The notes under the pieces were generated by a model that worked only from the letters and a program-made list of their open reading frames with translations, did not search any database and was not told where the DNA came from. Position numbers and translations under genes: made by a program. Positions 13,382 through 25,782 of a stretch of 64,000 bases of DNA are shown here, in pieces; the first letter of the stretch is position 1, and each line of letters opens with the position of its first letter. The stretch comes from Rozella allomycis CSF55 (Eukaryota), in assembly GCA_000442015.1 (NCBI GenBank), contig KE561022.1, positions 1 through 64,000 on the forward strand, read 5' to 3'.

Positions 13382-15980
13382 TCATCTGGTAAATGACAGC
13401 ACCCAGCGTCTCCTGTCATCTTCAGAATCGGCAGCAAAGTATCTCCATTGCACTTCCCTCTGCGGTGTTATCACTTGCACACTCATCACAAATGACGTTG
13501 GCATCTTTTCCACATGATGCACCATCTTCACTTGCAGAACTTTTAATACTCCCAACGAGTCCCTGGACTCGGGATTTTTAAAATACGTCAAGGTGTTGTT
13601 ATGCTCAAGCACAAAGTACCTTCTCTTCCATGATTTCACCGAATGACCTTGCTTGTGGATCCATCCGGAATAGATATTGGACATTGTTGGACGGTGGACG
13701 GCTTCAATGGATGGGAAAAACTGCAGAGATATCGTGTCTTGGCTTAATGGTATTTCATTGCTTTCAAGATATGGGATTATTTGGTCGGAGCTGGAGAGGA
13801 CAAAGGAATACGGGGATTTGGAGATAATGGCACGATACCTGCTGGTTATATTGTTTCCTGTAAATCCAATATCATTCAACACACTGTTACACAACTCACC
13901 TGCTGTTAAATTGAAGGTCAAGGAGGTTTTGTATGCTATAAAGTCCACCTTGCCTGGTCTTTGAACATGGATTACGGCCACTAGACCCTGATGAGAAACA
14001 GGATTAGAAATCCCCTTTATAAATTTGTTTAATTCATCGGAAAGTTTAAAGTACATGTGGAATGCAAATTCATCGTCAAGCCAAATTTCAACCTTTGAGT
14101 TTTCCTTTTTAACCTTGATCAATCCTAGCTTTATAGAGAGAACAAAACTATTGTCGCTTTGTTTGTATAGAATCAAATGATCATCTTCAATGACAACAAG
14201 ACCTAAAAGCCCCTGTGAATCGGAATTGAGATTCAGATAGTACTCAACAACCATCTTTTGGGATTTCGAAAACATTGAATATCTCTTTGACCATGTCAAG
14301 TTTTCTTTGAACCATGAAAATGCGCGTTGCCAATATTCCATTGACACTTTTTGATCAACGAAACAATGGAAAACACGCAACTCTGTGTGGATGTCGAACA
14401 GATAGCAAGATAGTTCTGCACTGAATGGGTGATTTCCTATCCCGCATTCTTTGAATTCTTCAATTTCAGAAAACGGTATCTTTCCGCAAGGCTTAGAGTC
14501 CTTATGCAAAAGAAATAATGGTATTTACGGATGCATTTTTGTAATAAGATATTCCATTATTGTCAAACACAAAATATCTTCTTTGATATTCTGTATTAAT
14601 GTTCCCTTGTTTGTAAACGTAACCTTCAAATGGTGGTACAATTAGCTATTTAAACTATACACAGTCAATTACATGCTGAGTATTGGTTATATTTTTCTCC
14701 AAGTATTTACCAAATAACACTATTTCATCGGTTGAGAGACTTTCCTTCAAAGCGGGTACACGGATACCGTTCAAAAACAGCAATTCAAGAAACACGCAAT
14801 TTCCTGTTTTTATTAAATCTGTTCCTACTTCTTCCGTTATAAATTGATTTTTGGTCTTCAAGGCCAGAATACGCTTATACAAAATCATAACATCATTCCC
14901 TTTAACAACATCACAATTAGACATTGTAGTGTCTTCACATATAAATTCCTTGTCAATATATTTCCTTTTTGCATACAACTCTTTGTCCTCCCTTGAAGAT
15001 AATGAACTGCACTTGTCAGATGAAACCTTGTACTCAAGAATGGAGTTGACATTTTTATTTCCCATGGCCTTCAAAATTTCAAATTGGACAGTATTAAATT
15101 GGTCCAAATGGGTGGAGCGTATTTTACTGACATGTACTCCTAATCCCCTATGAATTCCTGAACATTCTACACATAAGAACACTCCATGGTTAATTGACAC
15201 CCAAGACGCTTCTTTAATTTTTAAAATTCGGAAATCCTTACCTAAAGATCCACAGTCTGCGCATTTATCATTGCCATCTTGTGACCTCAATGATTGAATC
15301 GCTTTGGTGCATAGAGGTCGGCCTTGGTACAAATTCTAAAAAAGAATTGAAAGTATCATTACTTGGATGCTGAAATTGTTTTTCAAAACCTCTAGCTGTA
15401 GAGCAAGATCTGTACTCTCAATAATGTTACTTGAAGTTCCATCCAGAATCCATACCTTATTTTCTTTAATTGATACGCCGCATTCTCTAAGACTAAAAGA
15501 CTTGATCATTTTTTCATCAGCATTATATATATATATGATTTCTTCTTTTCCATCCACTATCGCGTAGACCTGTGTGCCATTGAGAAGCACAGGTGAAGAG
15601 TTCTCCAGTATGGATTTCAGATGAATTTGTGAGAAAGCGGAGGACGCGATATCTTCTTCTAATCTATCGCTTTCATCATCACTTGAATCATTGGCAGTGT
15701 GAGTGTGGGAAACCTTGCTGTGACTTGTTGTGTCCTTTATCACCATAGGCATGCTGGTAGGCCCTTCTTCAATTAGCTTTAGAAAGCATTTGGGAACTAT
15801 ACCATATCGATTTGTTGTTTCACTGAATGCCTTGTTGTTAACAAAGAAAGTAATTACAATGTACCAGTCGTTGTCAACGCTAGTAATAATTCGAAGAATT
15901 TGACCTGCTGTAAATGATAATTCGTCAGGGAATTCAGCCTTGAATGTTTCTATTGCAACTGCATGTTCATGAACTGTCAT
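13382..15980 (-). CDS. SH3 + ArfGAP + multiple PH domain protein (ARAP/centaurin-like)
   Basis: SH3 (FKAEFPDELSF...YGIVPK), ArfGAP zinc finger (CADC...CVECSGIHR), and PH domains (GYVYKQG...QRRYF; GWIHKQGHSVKSWKRRYFVL). Confidence 0.85.
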
Positions 15981-16092
15981 AAGAGGAGGCCAATTAAGAA
16001 TGCACGTGGGGCAAGTATATAATAACAAAATAGGAAGCCTCAAAGATTTACATTTGACATGAAAATATACAAAAAAGTAAAAATTTAAAATN

Positions 16093-17035
16093 CAAGATGA
16101 GCATGAATCTTCAATTCTTTCTAGTCTAGCCCAAATACCACAAGTCATTGGTGATTTCGTTTGGGAAACCTTGGTCGGTAGCAATGAAAACATTGCAGAC
16201 CCAACGATCAAATCCCCAGATACACAAAATGAAAGTTCGGATGTGATTAATAACCAGGAAGAAAATAACACGAGTATAGAAGAACGTCCCGTGTTGATGA
16301 AAAGATCATCGCTTGTACATTCTGTTGAATATAGTGAAGGTCCGTTGATGGTTTTGAGGGGGCGCACTTGTAGTCAAGAGATCCTAAATTATCACATCGC
16401 CTCTTCTGTAAGTTGCATTTACTATTCAAGAAAGATCAGAAGTGAATTGCCTTCATTTTTTAAATTTACCAATGAATGGGTTTTGCAGTATTCGACTAAT
16501 CAGCACGGTTTCAGTCTGAATAGTTTATTTAGGAATTCTTCTGGGCCATCAGTTGTTGCAATTAAAGATTCAGGAGGCTCGNAAATTCGTCCGGGCCATC
16601 AGTTGTTGCAATTAAAGATTCGGAAGGCTCGGTAAGTTTTAAAGGATCTCAATTTTAGATTTTCGGTTGTTTTGGAACTGATACATGGCATCCCCAATCC
16701 AAGCATTACGGAAATGGGCAATGGTACTTGCTACCTTTCAGATTAATTAGTTTTCTTTGGAAACTTGATTCTGAATCAAATGAAGTGATAATTTACAAAT
16801 CCACAGGAGAAAACGAATACTTTCAATTTTCAGAGCCCCATTTCATTTCAATGGGGTGCAGGTAAAGGATTGATTATCTATTTTTAGCGATGGCAACTTT
16901 GGTTTATATATCGATGAGCAGTTATTGAAAGGTTCTAGTTCCAAAGTGACTACATTTGATAACGAAATTTTGACGACTCAAAAAGATTTTGAGATTGAAG
17001 GGCTTGAAATGTGGACTTTTACTAATCAAAAATAA
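16093..17035 (+). CDS. OXR1: TLDc-domain (OXR1-like) protein, 5' end lost at N 16092
   Basis: WVLQYSTNQHGFSLNSL, YGNG, FGLYID, FDNEIL, LEMW. Confidence 0.85.
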
Positions 17036-17504
17036 ACACCCCTTTCCATTTTCTCTAGTGACACTTAATTTATTTTGAACCTGCCAATGCTATTTATAGA
17101 TTGAACTTTGAGCCTCGTGGCCATGAATGACAATACAAGTTACAACTGATCATAATAATAATACCTACGCTTTAAACCCCATTTGAGTGAGATTGGTTAC
17201 CTAAACGTAAAACTGCAATCGGAATCTAATTATGAACACTGATGCTAACAAATCATTGAATCAAATAGTGCATAACTATTAACTTACTTTCACAAAACTC
17301 TCACAGATGATTACAAAAGGATTTTGAGATTTATGGGCTTGAAGATGGAAATGTGACACTCGCTATCCTTCAACGTTGAATCTATTCAAATCGACCTGAT
17401 GAAAATTTTATCAAGGCAAGCATAAACTTTGACAGGGAAGGTACTGCTTTTTTGTTTAATAATTTTACAAATTTCTCTATTTGGAATTCGGAATTTAAGT
17501 ACTG

Positions 17505-18870
17505 ATGCCAAAGGAGCGGAATAACATAAGCATTGTGCTTATTGGAGATACAGACTCAGGAAAGTCAACTATTGCTGGACATTTGGTGTATGCATGTGGG
17601 GGCATGGATGCGGAAGACTTGGCTAAATACGAAGATGATGCGATCAAGGAAGGCTTTGATTCCTTAAAATACTCTTGGGTTATTAATAAAAAGAAAAGAG
17701 AGAGTAACGATGCGAAGAATATTTCAACGTCACTTTGGAAATTCGAAACTAGCAATGCGACAGTAACATTGTCAGATGTTCCCGGACATGACGATTTTCT
17801 TCAAAACCTACTCACCACGAGCACGCCACCTGATTGCGCTATGCTTGTGCTAAGTGCTATGGAGGGAGAATTTGAGGCAGGAATTTCAGAGAACGGTCAT
17901 ACCAAGGAGCATGTTCTCTTGACTTATACACTTGGGATTAAGCAACTAATTGTAATTATAAGTAAAATGGATACAAATGAATGGTCCATGGAACGCTTTG
18001 AATATGTAAGTGCCCAAACTAAAGACTTTTTATCCAAGGTAACAAAGTAAATTAACAAAAATTTAGATCGGATATAATGCAGATGAGGTACCTATAATAC
18101 CAGTTTCAGGCTGGCATGGAGATAATTTGGTTAAGCCTTCGAATGAAATGAAATGGTTTGAAGGGTGGACCAAGAAGAATGGGAAAACGCTATTAAGGGG
18201 TGTCACAATATTGGAGGCTATTGATTCAATCTTTCCCAAAGTCAATCCCATAGACAACCCATTGAGGATATCACTGCAAGACATTTACAAAACAAATCAA
18301 TCAACTCATCTAATACCTGTTGGAAAGATTGGTTCTGGCATTTTAAAAAAGGGGATGACTGTCAAATTTTCTCCATCAGAAATAACAAGCAGGGTAGAAA
18401 CAATCCAAATTAATGGAACTGATGTTGAAGAGGGTGTTTCTGGTGATATCGTTTCTTTTGAAATATCTGGAGTGTCCATAAAGAACATCAGTCGCGGATT
18501 TGTAGTTTCAAATTCACAGAACCAACCATCCTCTGGAGTTATATCATTCATAGCTCAAATTATAGTTCTGAATCATCCTAAACAACTGACCATTGGATAT
18601 ACACCTGTTGTTGATGTACATAATGCACATCTTCCTTGTCAGATAACCCATATAATGGAAAAGATTGATCGAAAGTCTGGAATTAAATTAGAGTCTAACC
18701 CTAAAGCTTTATCTACTGGAGATGCAGCATTAATTCGATTAGTTCCAACTAAACCACTCTGTGTTGAACCTTTTCACAAATTTCCAAATTTAGGAAGATT
18801 GGCTATTAGAGACCAAAGACAAACGATCGCAGTAGGAGTTGTAAAAACAGTAGAGAGAATACCAGAATAA
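17505..18870 (+). CDS. Divergent EF-1alpha paralog
   Basis: SLWKFET, GEFEAGIS, VLNHP and LGRLAIRDQRQTIAVGVVK. One 28-nt intron at 18039-18066. G-boxes are altered. Confidence 0.9.
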
Positions 18871-18880
18871 ATAAATAATC

Positions 18881-20362
18881 TTAATGCAATTCTTTATTGT
18901 TATTGATGTAATATAGAACTAATTCAAGCGCGATCAAAGAATCTTCAACACTGCAATGACCCTCCCCACTTTGTTGCACGAATTGTTTTAAATGTTGTGA
19001 CGCTAGTTTTCGCAGAGATAATCTCTTTTCAGGGAAGAAAGGCCCTTTAAACAAAATAGATGTGTCTAGAATATTAGGATGAAATAGCTAGTATGCAAAA
19101 TATATTTCTAGTACCCGTAGAACATTTAAATCATTTTCAATGGAATGTCCAACAATTATTGAGGACGGTGATATTAAATTGTCAAAAATTTTAATTGCAT
19201 TATCAAATGAATACATTTTTTCAATGTTCCCTTTGAAATTTGGAGGAAGGGTGGGAATGAATGTTTTATGTGTGTTTTCATCAATTCCAGAATACGTTGT
19301 GTTATAATCCACAACTGATCCTTCAGTCTCTACTAATATATCCAAAACTGTAAATAAAGAACATTTTCGATTACTTGTTTGTTTATCATCACCAACAACA
19401 CTTAAGCGCTTAAGTTCAAATCCTTTTGTAGTAAATACCTTTGAATTATTAATCGACAATTTACCATTTCACAATCAATGGCAATAAGATCATTTCTTTC
19501 ATCATCTTTTTCAGTTACCTCCCAAAATTTAAAAACCTTGGCCACTTCAGTTGGATCATCGAATTTAAAAACATGATGATGATGACTATCGCAACCTGCA
19601 CTTGCTGCATTCATTCTACAGCAAGGGTAATAAACCTCGCCCTTTTTCCCTAAATNACACTTCAGTTGGGTCATCAAATTTAAAAACATGATGATGATGA
19701 CTATCGCAACCCGCACTTGCTGCATTCATTCTACAGCAAGGATAATAAACCTCGCCCTTTTTCCCTAAATTTTTTGATATTATCGTTTACGGTATAGTTT
19801 CCAAGGATGAAATTCGCAACGGATTCCCGCTTCCTCTTCATAGTGTGTCATAGGGTCAAACAATTGTTGACAGCGACAGCACTTTACTTGATCCAAAGTA
19901 CTCTTTTGAATTGTAGATAAGCATTCTCTTGTTGGGTACCCATACTCGATAATTTCATTTTCAGTCAAAAGCAATTTCCTGAATTCATCTATATCAAACT
20001 TATTATCTTCCTGCTTAAAACGCTTTGCTCTATCGCTATCTCTTAAAGACAAAAGTAATGTGGAAAAAGCTGGACGATATTTGGATGGTATCGGGTTCTG
20101 GTCATAAAGCTTTTTCTCTTCGATAAGAGCCTTCGAATTTGCTTCTTTGTCATTGCTTTTTAGATACTCTTTGTAAATACTTGTCAAGGCTTTTTGACGT
20201 ATGTTGTAAGGAACAGACATGTCCATGCTCAAAGGAAGGATCGGGCCATTGTCGTTGTTCTTTCTATGAAATAAATGCAAAATATACCAGTGTATGTGCT
20301 AATCGTTTTTCGCTTTGTTCAAGGGAAGCCAATTTTGCAGCCCTTTTCATATATTTCCACAT
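18881..20362 (-). CDS. DEDDh RNA exonuclease (REXO1/Rex3-like)
   Basis: CCRC...CEFHPWK, AIDCEM, GHSIENDL, GHCSVEDS. Contains an assembly duplication at 19543-19770. Confidence 0.85.
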
Positions 20363-20511
20363 TCTTGATTCTTCATCTCAAGGATTGAATTTCAACTCTA
20401 TGAAGTCATGGTTGATACCTTGATATAATTTAAGAGCAAAGACTCAGAGAATATTAAACAAACTAATATTTGTGGTGCATATCAATATATTCGATTATTT
20501 AATGAAAACAT

Positions 20512-21176
20512 TTATTTCTTTTTTGCCATTTCTTCAGCAGCAGCCTTATCAGCAGCTCTCTTCTTACGGATTCCGTCGTAACGGGCAACATTCCATGCTT
20601 TACGAAGAGTTTCGTAAGCCTTGAATTCTTTTTCAGCAGCAGTAATGTTCTTGATTCCTTCAAAAGCAGTGTTGTCGTTGACAATTGGCATCAACTCGGT
20701 CTTGAGTTGAGTTGCTTGTTTAACTTCTTCCAATGAAGATTCAGATTTCTTGATGTTCTTAGCCTTACGTGGGAAAACAATCAATTTAGATTTATATGCC
20801 TTTAATCTTTCAATGTTTAATTGGAGAGATTCTACGGAACGATTCTTTCTGCGGTGATCAACTGAAATTCCGAGAACACGAGCTTCCTTCTTTCTAACTC
20901 CAGCAGCCTTTTATTTTCAATATAAAACCATACCTTGAGTTCTTCAAGAGAAAAACCACGACCAGCACGAAGCTTCATGTTATAACGAACGGTTTGACCA
21001 CGGACAGCTGGGCGCAAAAGTCCATCAACAGGACGTGGAGCAATAAGTTCTGCTTTCTTCATACGTGCAAGTCGGCGACTCTTCTTTTTTCCTGGTTGAT
21101 CAAACCATGTCTTAACGCGGGTTTGCCAGTGTTTACGAAAGTGTTGATTTGGGAGAACGTTATTATGTTTGACCAT
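20512..21176 (-). CDS. RPL13: 60S ribosomal protein L13 (eL13)
   Basis: [38 protein letters not shown]. 26-nt intron at 20908-20933. Confidence 0.97.
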
Positions 21177-21689
21177 CTAACATTAGTTACTGTTTTAAAA
21201 CAATAATTTTATAGTATTTTGAAGTAAAGTAGTGCGGGAAGAAATTTTTACCTTGCTTTTACCAGGGTCTTTTGCGAAAAATCCGATTTCTATTAAGTAC
21301 TTGTCTATTTTGTTTTCTTGGAAAGCTCTAAAATTTACCGTGTTATTAGTTTAATATTCGAAATAAATCATTGAGTACATTATACATAATAACACGTCAA
21401 TGGGTAATGAATGTATTCTAAGATGCGACAATAATTATGCCGACATAAGTATAAAATATAAAGTTAAATAATAGTTACGAATACGAATATTAAAGAAATA
21501 AAAATAGGTATAATTCACATATGCAGTTGAATTACTGTTTGGTATCATCACATGAATTAAGACTTTACTTATTGTCTATTGATTAATATAAATTATCATC
21601 ATTGATGAATTATTTAGTGTTATTCTACAACATTTTCAAAATAAGCCCCTGCTAAAATCCCTTGTACACTGCGCCACTCTTTTTTTCAT

Positions 21690-22168
21690 ATGGCTTCTGT
21701 TCAAACCTACGGACGCAAAGTATATTTTTTATTACATAATTATAGAAAACTGCTACTGCTGTCGCTCACTGCAAAGCTGGAAAAGGATTAATCAAGGTTA
21801 ACGGCACTCCAATAGAACTCCTTGAACCAGAAATTCTTCGCTTAAAAGCCGTGGAGCCTGTTATGATTCTTGGCAAAGAAATTTATTCCAAACTTGATAT
21901 TCGTGTACGCGTCAACGGTGGTGGTCATACATCTCAAGTGTATGCTATTCGTCAAGCTCTTGCCAAAGCTGTTGTCGCTTATTATCAAAAATGTACAAAC
22001 AAATACAATTTTTTAAATATAGTTGTTGATGAAGCATCCAAGAGACAAATTAAAGAAACCTTGGTATCCTTTGATCGTTCCTTGTTAGTTGCAGATCCTC
22101 GCAGATGCGAACCAAAGAAATTTGGTGGTCCAGGTGCTCGTGCAAGATATCAAAAATCTTACCGTTAA
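21690..22168 (+). CDS. RPS16: 40S ribosomal protein S16 (uS9)
   Basis: VQTYGRKKTATAVA...[18 protein letters not shown]. Introns 21720-21745 and 21993-22022. Confidence 0.97.
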
Positions 22169-22205
22169 TTTTTACGAAATAAAGATATTCATTACAATTA
22201 CAGTT

Positions 22206-22572
22206 TTATTTGGCATTTCCATTCGAAAATTTCGCTGCCGCGTATATCACCAAGAATATTATTACTATAAGCACCATGAGATAGCATCCTTGTCTTTTAT
22301 AACGCGCTTGAATGATCTTTCTCGTAACATTTTTTGTTGTCCTTAATATCGAAGATCCTGCTTCTGACAATTGGAATTGCATGGAATCTAATATGTTATT
22401 CTGCGATACCACGTCGTCGTGTATATTTAAGGAAAGTTCCTTTATGTTTTTGATTTTGTCTTTGTTAACCTGAAAAAAACATTATTACTTAGTAGCTGAT
22501 CGGTTTTCTCGTCGTTTTGTCGAATTAAAGTTTCTTGATCTCTCTAAATAAAATTCTATTATGTTACCCCAT
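22206..22572 (-). CDS. BET1-like Qc-SNARE
   Basis: SNARE coil (QNDEKTDQL...IHDDVVSQNNILDSM) with a C-terminal TM anchor. Confidence 0.7.
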
Positions 22573-22756
22573 TTGCGTCGGAAATTCGCAAAATTTCTTA
22601 TTAAGTTCAACAATCTACTTTCTTTCTAGATTACATGTTTAATGACTGATCTGAATCAAATTTGTAGAATCCACAATAAATCCCTAAAAATGAATTTCTA
22701 TTGTCATAAAAAGCCTTATTCAAAAAATTGATTGAGTAAAATTAGAAGAATTTATT

Positions 22757-23560
22757 TTAGAGACCCCTTTTAAGAATTTCGTTGTAATACAATGCTGCTC
22801 TTTCGGTCATTACCACAGCTTTATGTGCAAGTACATCATACACCGTCAAAAATTGATCCGCCTTGTAAAAATTTACGGTTGGCTTTTTGCCTGCACGCAT
22901 TAAAGTTTGACTAAGATTTCTCTCAGGAGCTTCTGTATCAATAAAGAGGACTGATTTCCAGTTATTTCTCAACTTAATGTTCTCTAATTCTTTTAGTGTG
23001 GGTGTGTTAAGTTTTAAATCTTCATTCTGAATAATAAACAATTCATTCTGTTTTCTTTTTGCAGTTAAGGCGCTGCGTAAACCAAATGCCTGTATTTTTG
23101 AGTTTAGAGGATAACTCCAATCTCTTGGTTTCGGAGGATGACTTTTTCCACCTATATATTACTACATTTTTAGTCAATATACCTCCTCGCCTGTGAGGCG
23201 CCCTAATTTGACCTACTCTGGCCTTTCCAGTTCCTTTTTGTGGCCTAATTTTTCTTCCTGATCCCCGTTTTTCTGCCTTGGATTTCATACACTTATTGCC
23301 TTGTCTTAAACATGCTCTTCTCCAAATAACACAAGTGTGCATGACATCATTTCGTATTGGGGCATTAAAAATGCGATGCTCTAACTCTATTAGCTTAATT
23401 GGTTCACTCATTGGAAAATTTCTGACCCAAATCATCACAGGAAAAATGAATGGGTTTTGAAGTACTAAATATGTATAAGGAAAGTTATTTTACGAGGGTA
23501 ATGTCTTACAGTCGCAACAGCTGCATTGTTGAAGTGACGCACAAAATTCAAGCAAGCCAT
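22757..23560 (-). CDS. MRPL4: Mitochondrial ribosomal protein uL4m
   Basis: RGSGRKIRPQKGTGKARVGQIRAPHRRGG, with a presequence-like N-terminus. Confidence 0.9.
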
Positions 23561-24254
23561 TCCAATTTGGCAAGGGTTACAATCGAGAAAATATTTAACT
23601 TTAACACATAAATAATTCAAATTAATTTATTCCAGTTCCTGTAGATAAATATTGATGTCAGGAATGGACAACAAATTTTACAACTGTGAACAATACACTA
23701 TAAAGACGATCGGTATCGTTTAAGATTTTCAGTAACAACAGGCGGTGCTGAATTCAAGTTCACTTTCCCATCATTCAATTCCATATTGAATTGCTTCAAA
23801 GCTCTATTCGTTTGTTTCTTGAAACTATTCAAGAACTCGGGTTTTGATTACTTAATGGACGAGAACATTGAAGGTGAATCATAAATAGACTTCAAAAGTA
23901 AATGTAAAAGTACAAAACATATTAATGAGACAAGAATTTTTAAGACCTAGATAATCTTTAAACCAAGAGGGTACCAAGTTTTGCAATAGAATAATTGAAA
24001 GGAATGCAGATGTGAGTACCAACCATATTTTTACTGTGATATTTATGCCTGAGACTTACTATAATGCGAGCGACGTGAATAATATAACAAATTGTCGTTT
24101 TCAATTATTCTTCTTTGAAAATTGTTAATGTCTAAATATTATATCTTTGAATATTAATAATACCCTCCATTATTAATGTTGCTTTTTTCTCATTGTCCAT
24201 AAGAAAGTTCTAAAACAGAAATTTAAGATTACGAAAATACCGAAATTGACATCC

Positions 24255-25694
24255 TTAAAGTGCTTTATTTAAAATGTCACTTCCATAAATGAGAGGAAAT
24301 ATTGCCTCACCGAAAATACCATATAGCTCCTTGTATTGCTGTAAAGAAGGTGAGTTTGAATTATTTTCAGACTTCAAACACTCCGCGGCGCATACCTAGG
24401 GTTTAAAACATCGTATTTGTTTACAAGTAAAGCTTTATAGCATTTTCCAGCTTCAAAGTGTTGAATCGAACGTTGGTCTTTCATATGATGATCTAATAAA
24501 TCACCATACATTTTTAGGTGAGGGATAATCATTATCTTAACCACTTCATGACCAAGCTTAGAGAGACCTAAAATAGCTCCATAGTGTGATGTCAAAGGTT
24601 TCGACGGGTCTAAGAATATTTTTAAAAGCGTTTTTGTTAGTCTTGGTTGGATAGTAGAGTATGTTGTCTTAAATTGATTGCAAATTTTAGCCACTAAGCC
24701 GGCCGAGAATTCTCGGAGAGACCAATGGTTTTCATTGGGTGCTTTGCATAAAGTTTTACCAACAAGACAAGTAAGTATAATAGGCATTAACTGATGCAAC
24801 TTTTGTATACAACGTNGCATTAACTGATGCAACTTTTGTTATACAACGTGAAAGGCCTTACATAAGGTTCAATAAAAATGTTCTTATTATCAAGCAAAGC
24901 ATCTATCATCCTCATCATTTTTCCTAACATTCCAAGATCACGTAAATAACGGGCGACCATTTCAGAGGCGAATTGAATAAAGTATGGAAGCAATAATTGC
25001 AAGCCAAGCTCGTTTCTTAGAGTTCCCAACATTTGAGAGGCCTCAATTTCATTTGCTTTAAGTAATCCGTGAGTTAAAGTCTCAAAAAATATTTGTTGCT
25101 CTTTGGGTAATGCATGTTTCGTTAAATCCTTGGTTTCAATGTCTTTTTGAGTTGTATTCACAGATAATTCGACGTTATTAGATATATCTTCCATAAATGA
25201 TAGCTAAGTGTGGTACCTTGTTGAGGGTTCTGAGGTAGTTGTGGTTGAACTCCTTCAACTGCAAGCCAATGACTTCCGATTCTCTTTCTTTGAGGTAACT
25301 TTGGCAGTTGAGATTTTAAAAGGTCCTCAAAATCAATTTCTTGGTCATCCACGTAAAATACATTTCCGACTGATACAGGACGAAAAGAAGAAGTCGTCAC
25401 AGAACTGTAGCCATATATTTTAGTGTAATTCCTATTGGCCAATGAATCGTTTACGTCTGCAGTTGTAAGCAAAGACCTTTTTGCGTGATTCATGAATTTT
25501 GCCGCTTCCTACTCTGGGTGATATTAAAAAGAAGTACTTGTATGATTTCACGAAGTCGATATTCAACGTCTTGTGCAACTAGCTGAGTCACTTCTTCGGA
25601 AAGATTTGAAATTCCAATAGTTTCAGCATATATCTATTAAATGATACATCACTTTTATCGTTACTTTGATACTCTGTGGCGATAAGAGGGTCAT
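24255..25694 (-). CDS. TAF6: TFIID subunit 6
   Basis: AQDVEYRLREIIQEAAKFMNHAKR, HWLAVEGVQP, LLPYFIQF, NHWSLREF. Confidence 0.93.
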
Positions 25695-25782
25695 CAAAAT
25701 CCAAGCCACAACTGTAGTTCAACTGTTCAATTAGATAAATATGATTGATGATGATAAATTGAAGTGATATTAATATAGAGAG

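Noticed and set aside
16534-16631. Tandem repeat and frameshift in the TLDc gene
   Set aside because: It straddles a single N and the differences are mostly synonymous, so it is an assembly overlap of alleles.
23697-23850. ~50-codon open stretch on the minus strand of the long MRPL4-TAF6 spacer
   Set aside because: It has no clear start or recognisable homology and cannot be supported as a gene.
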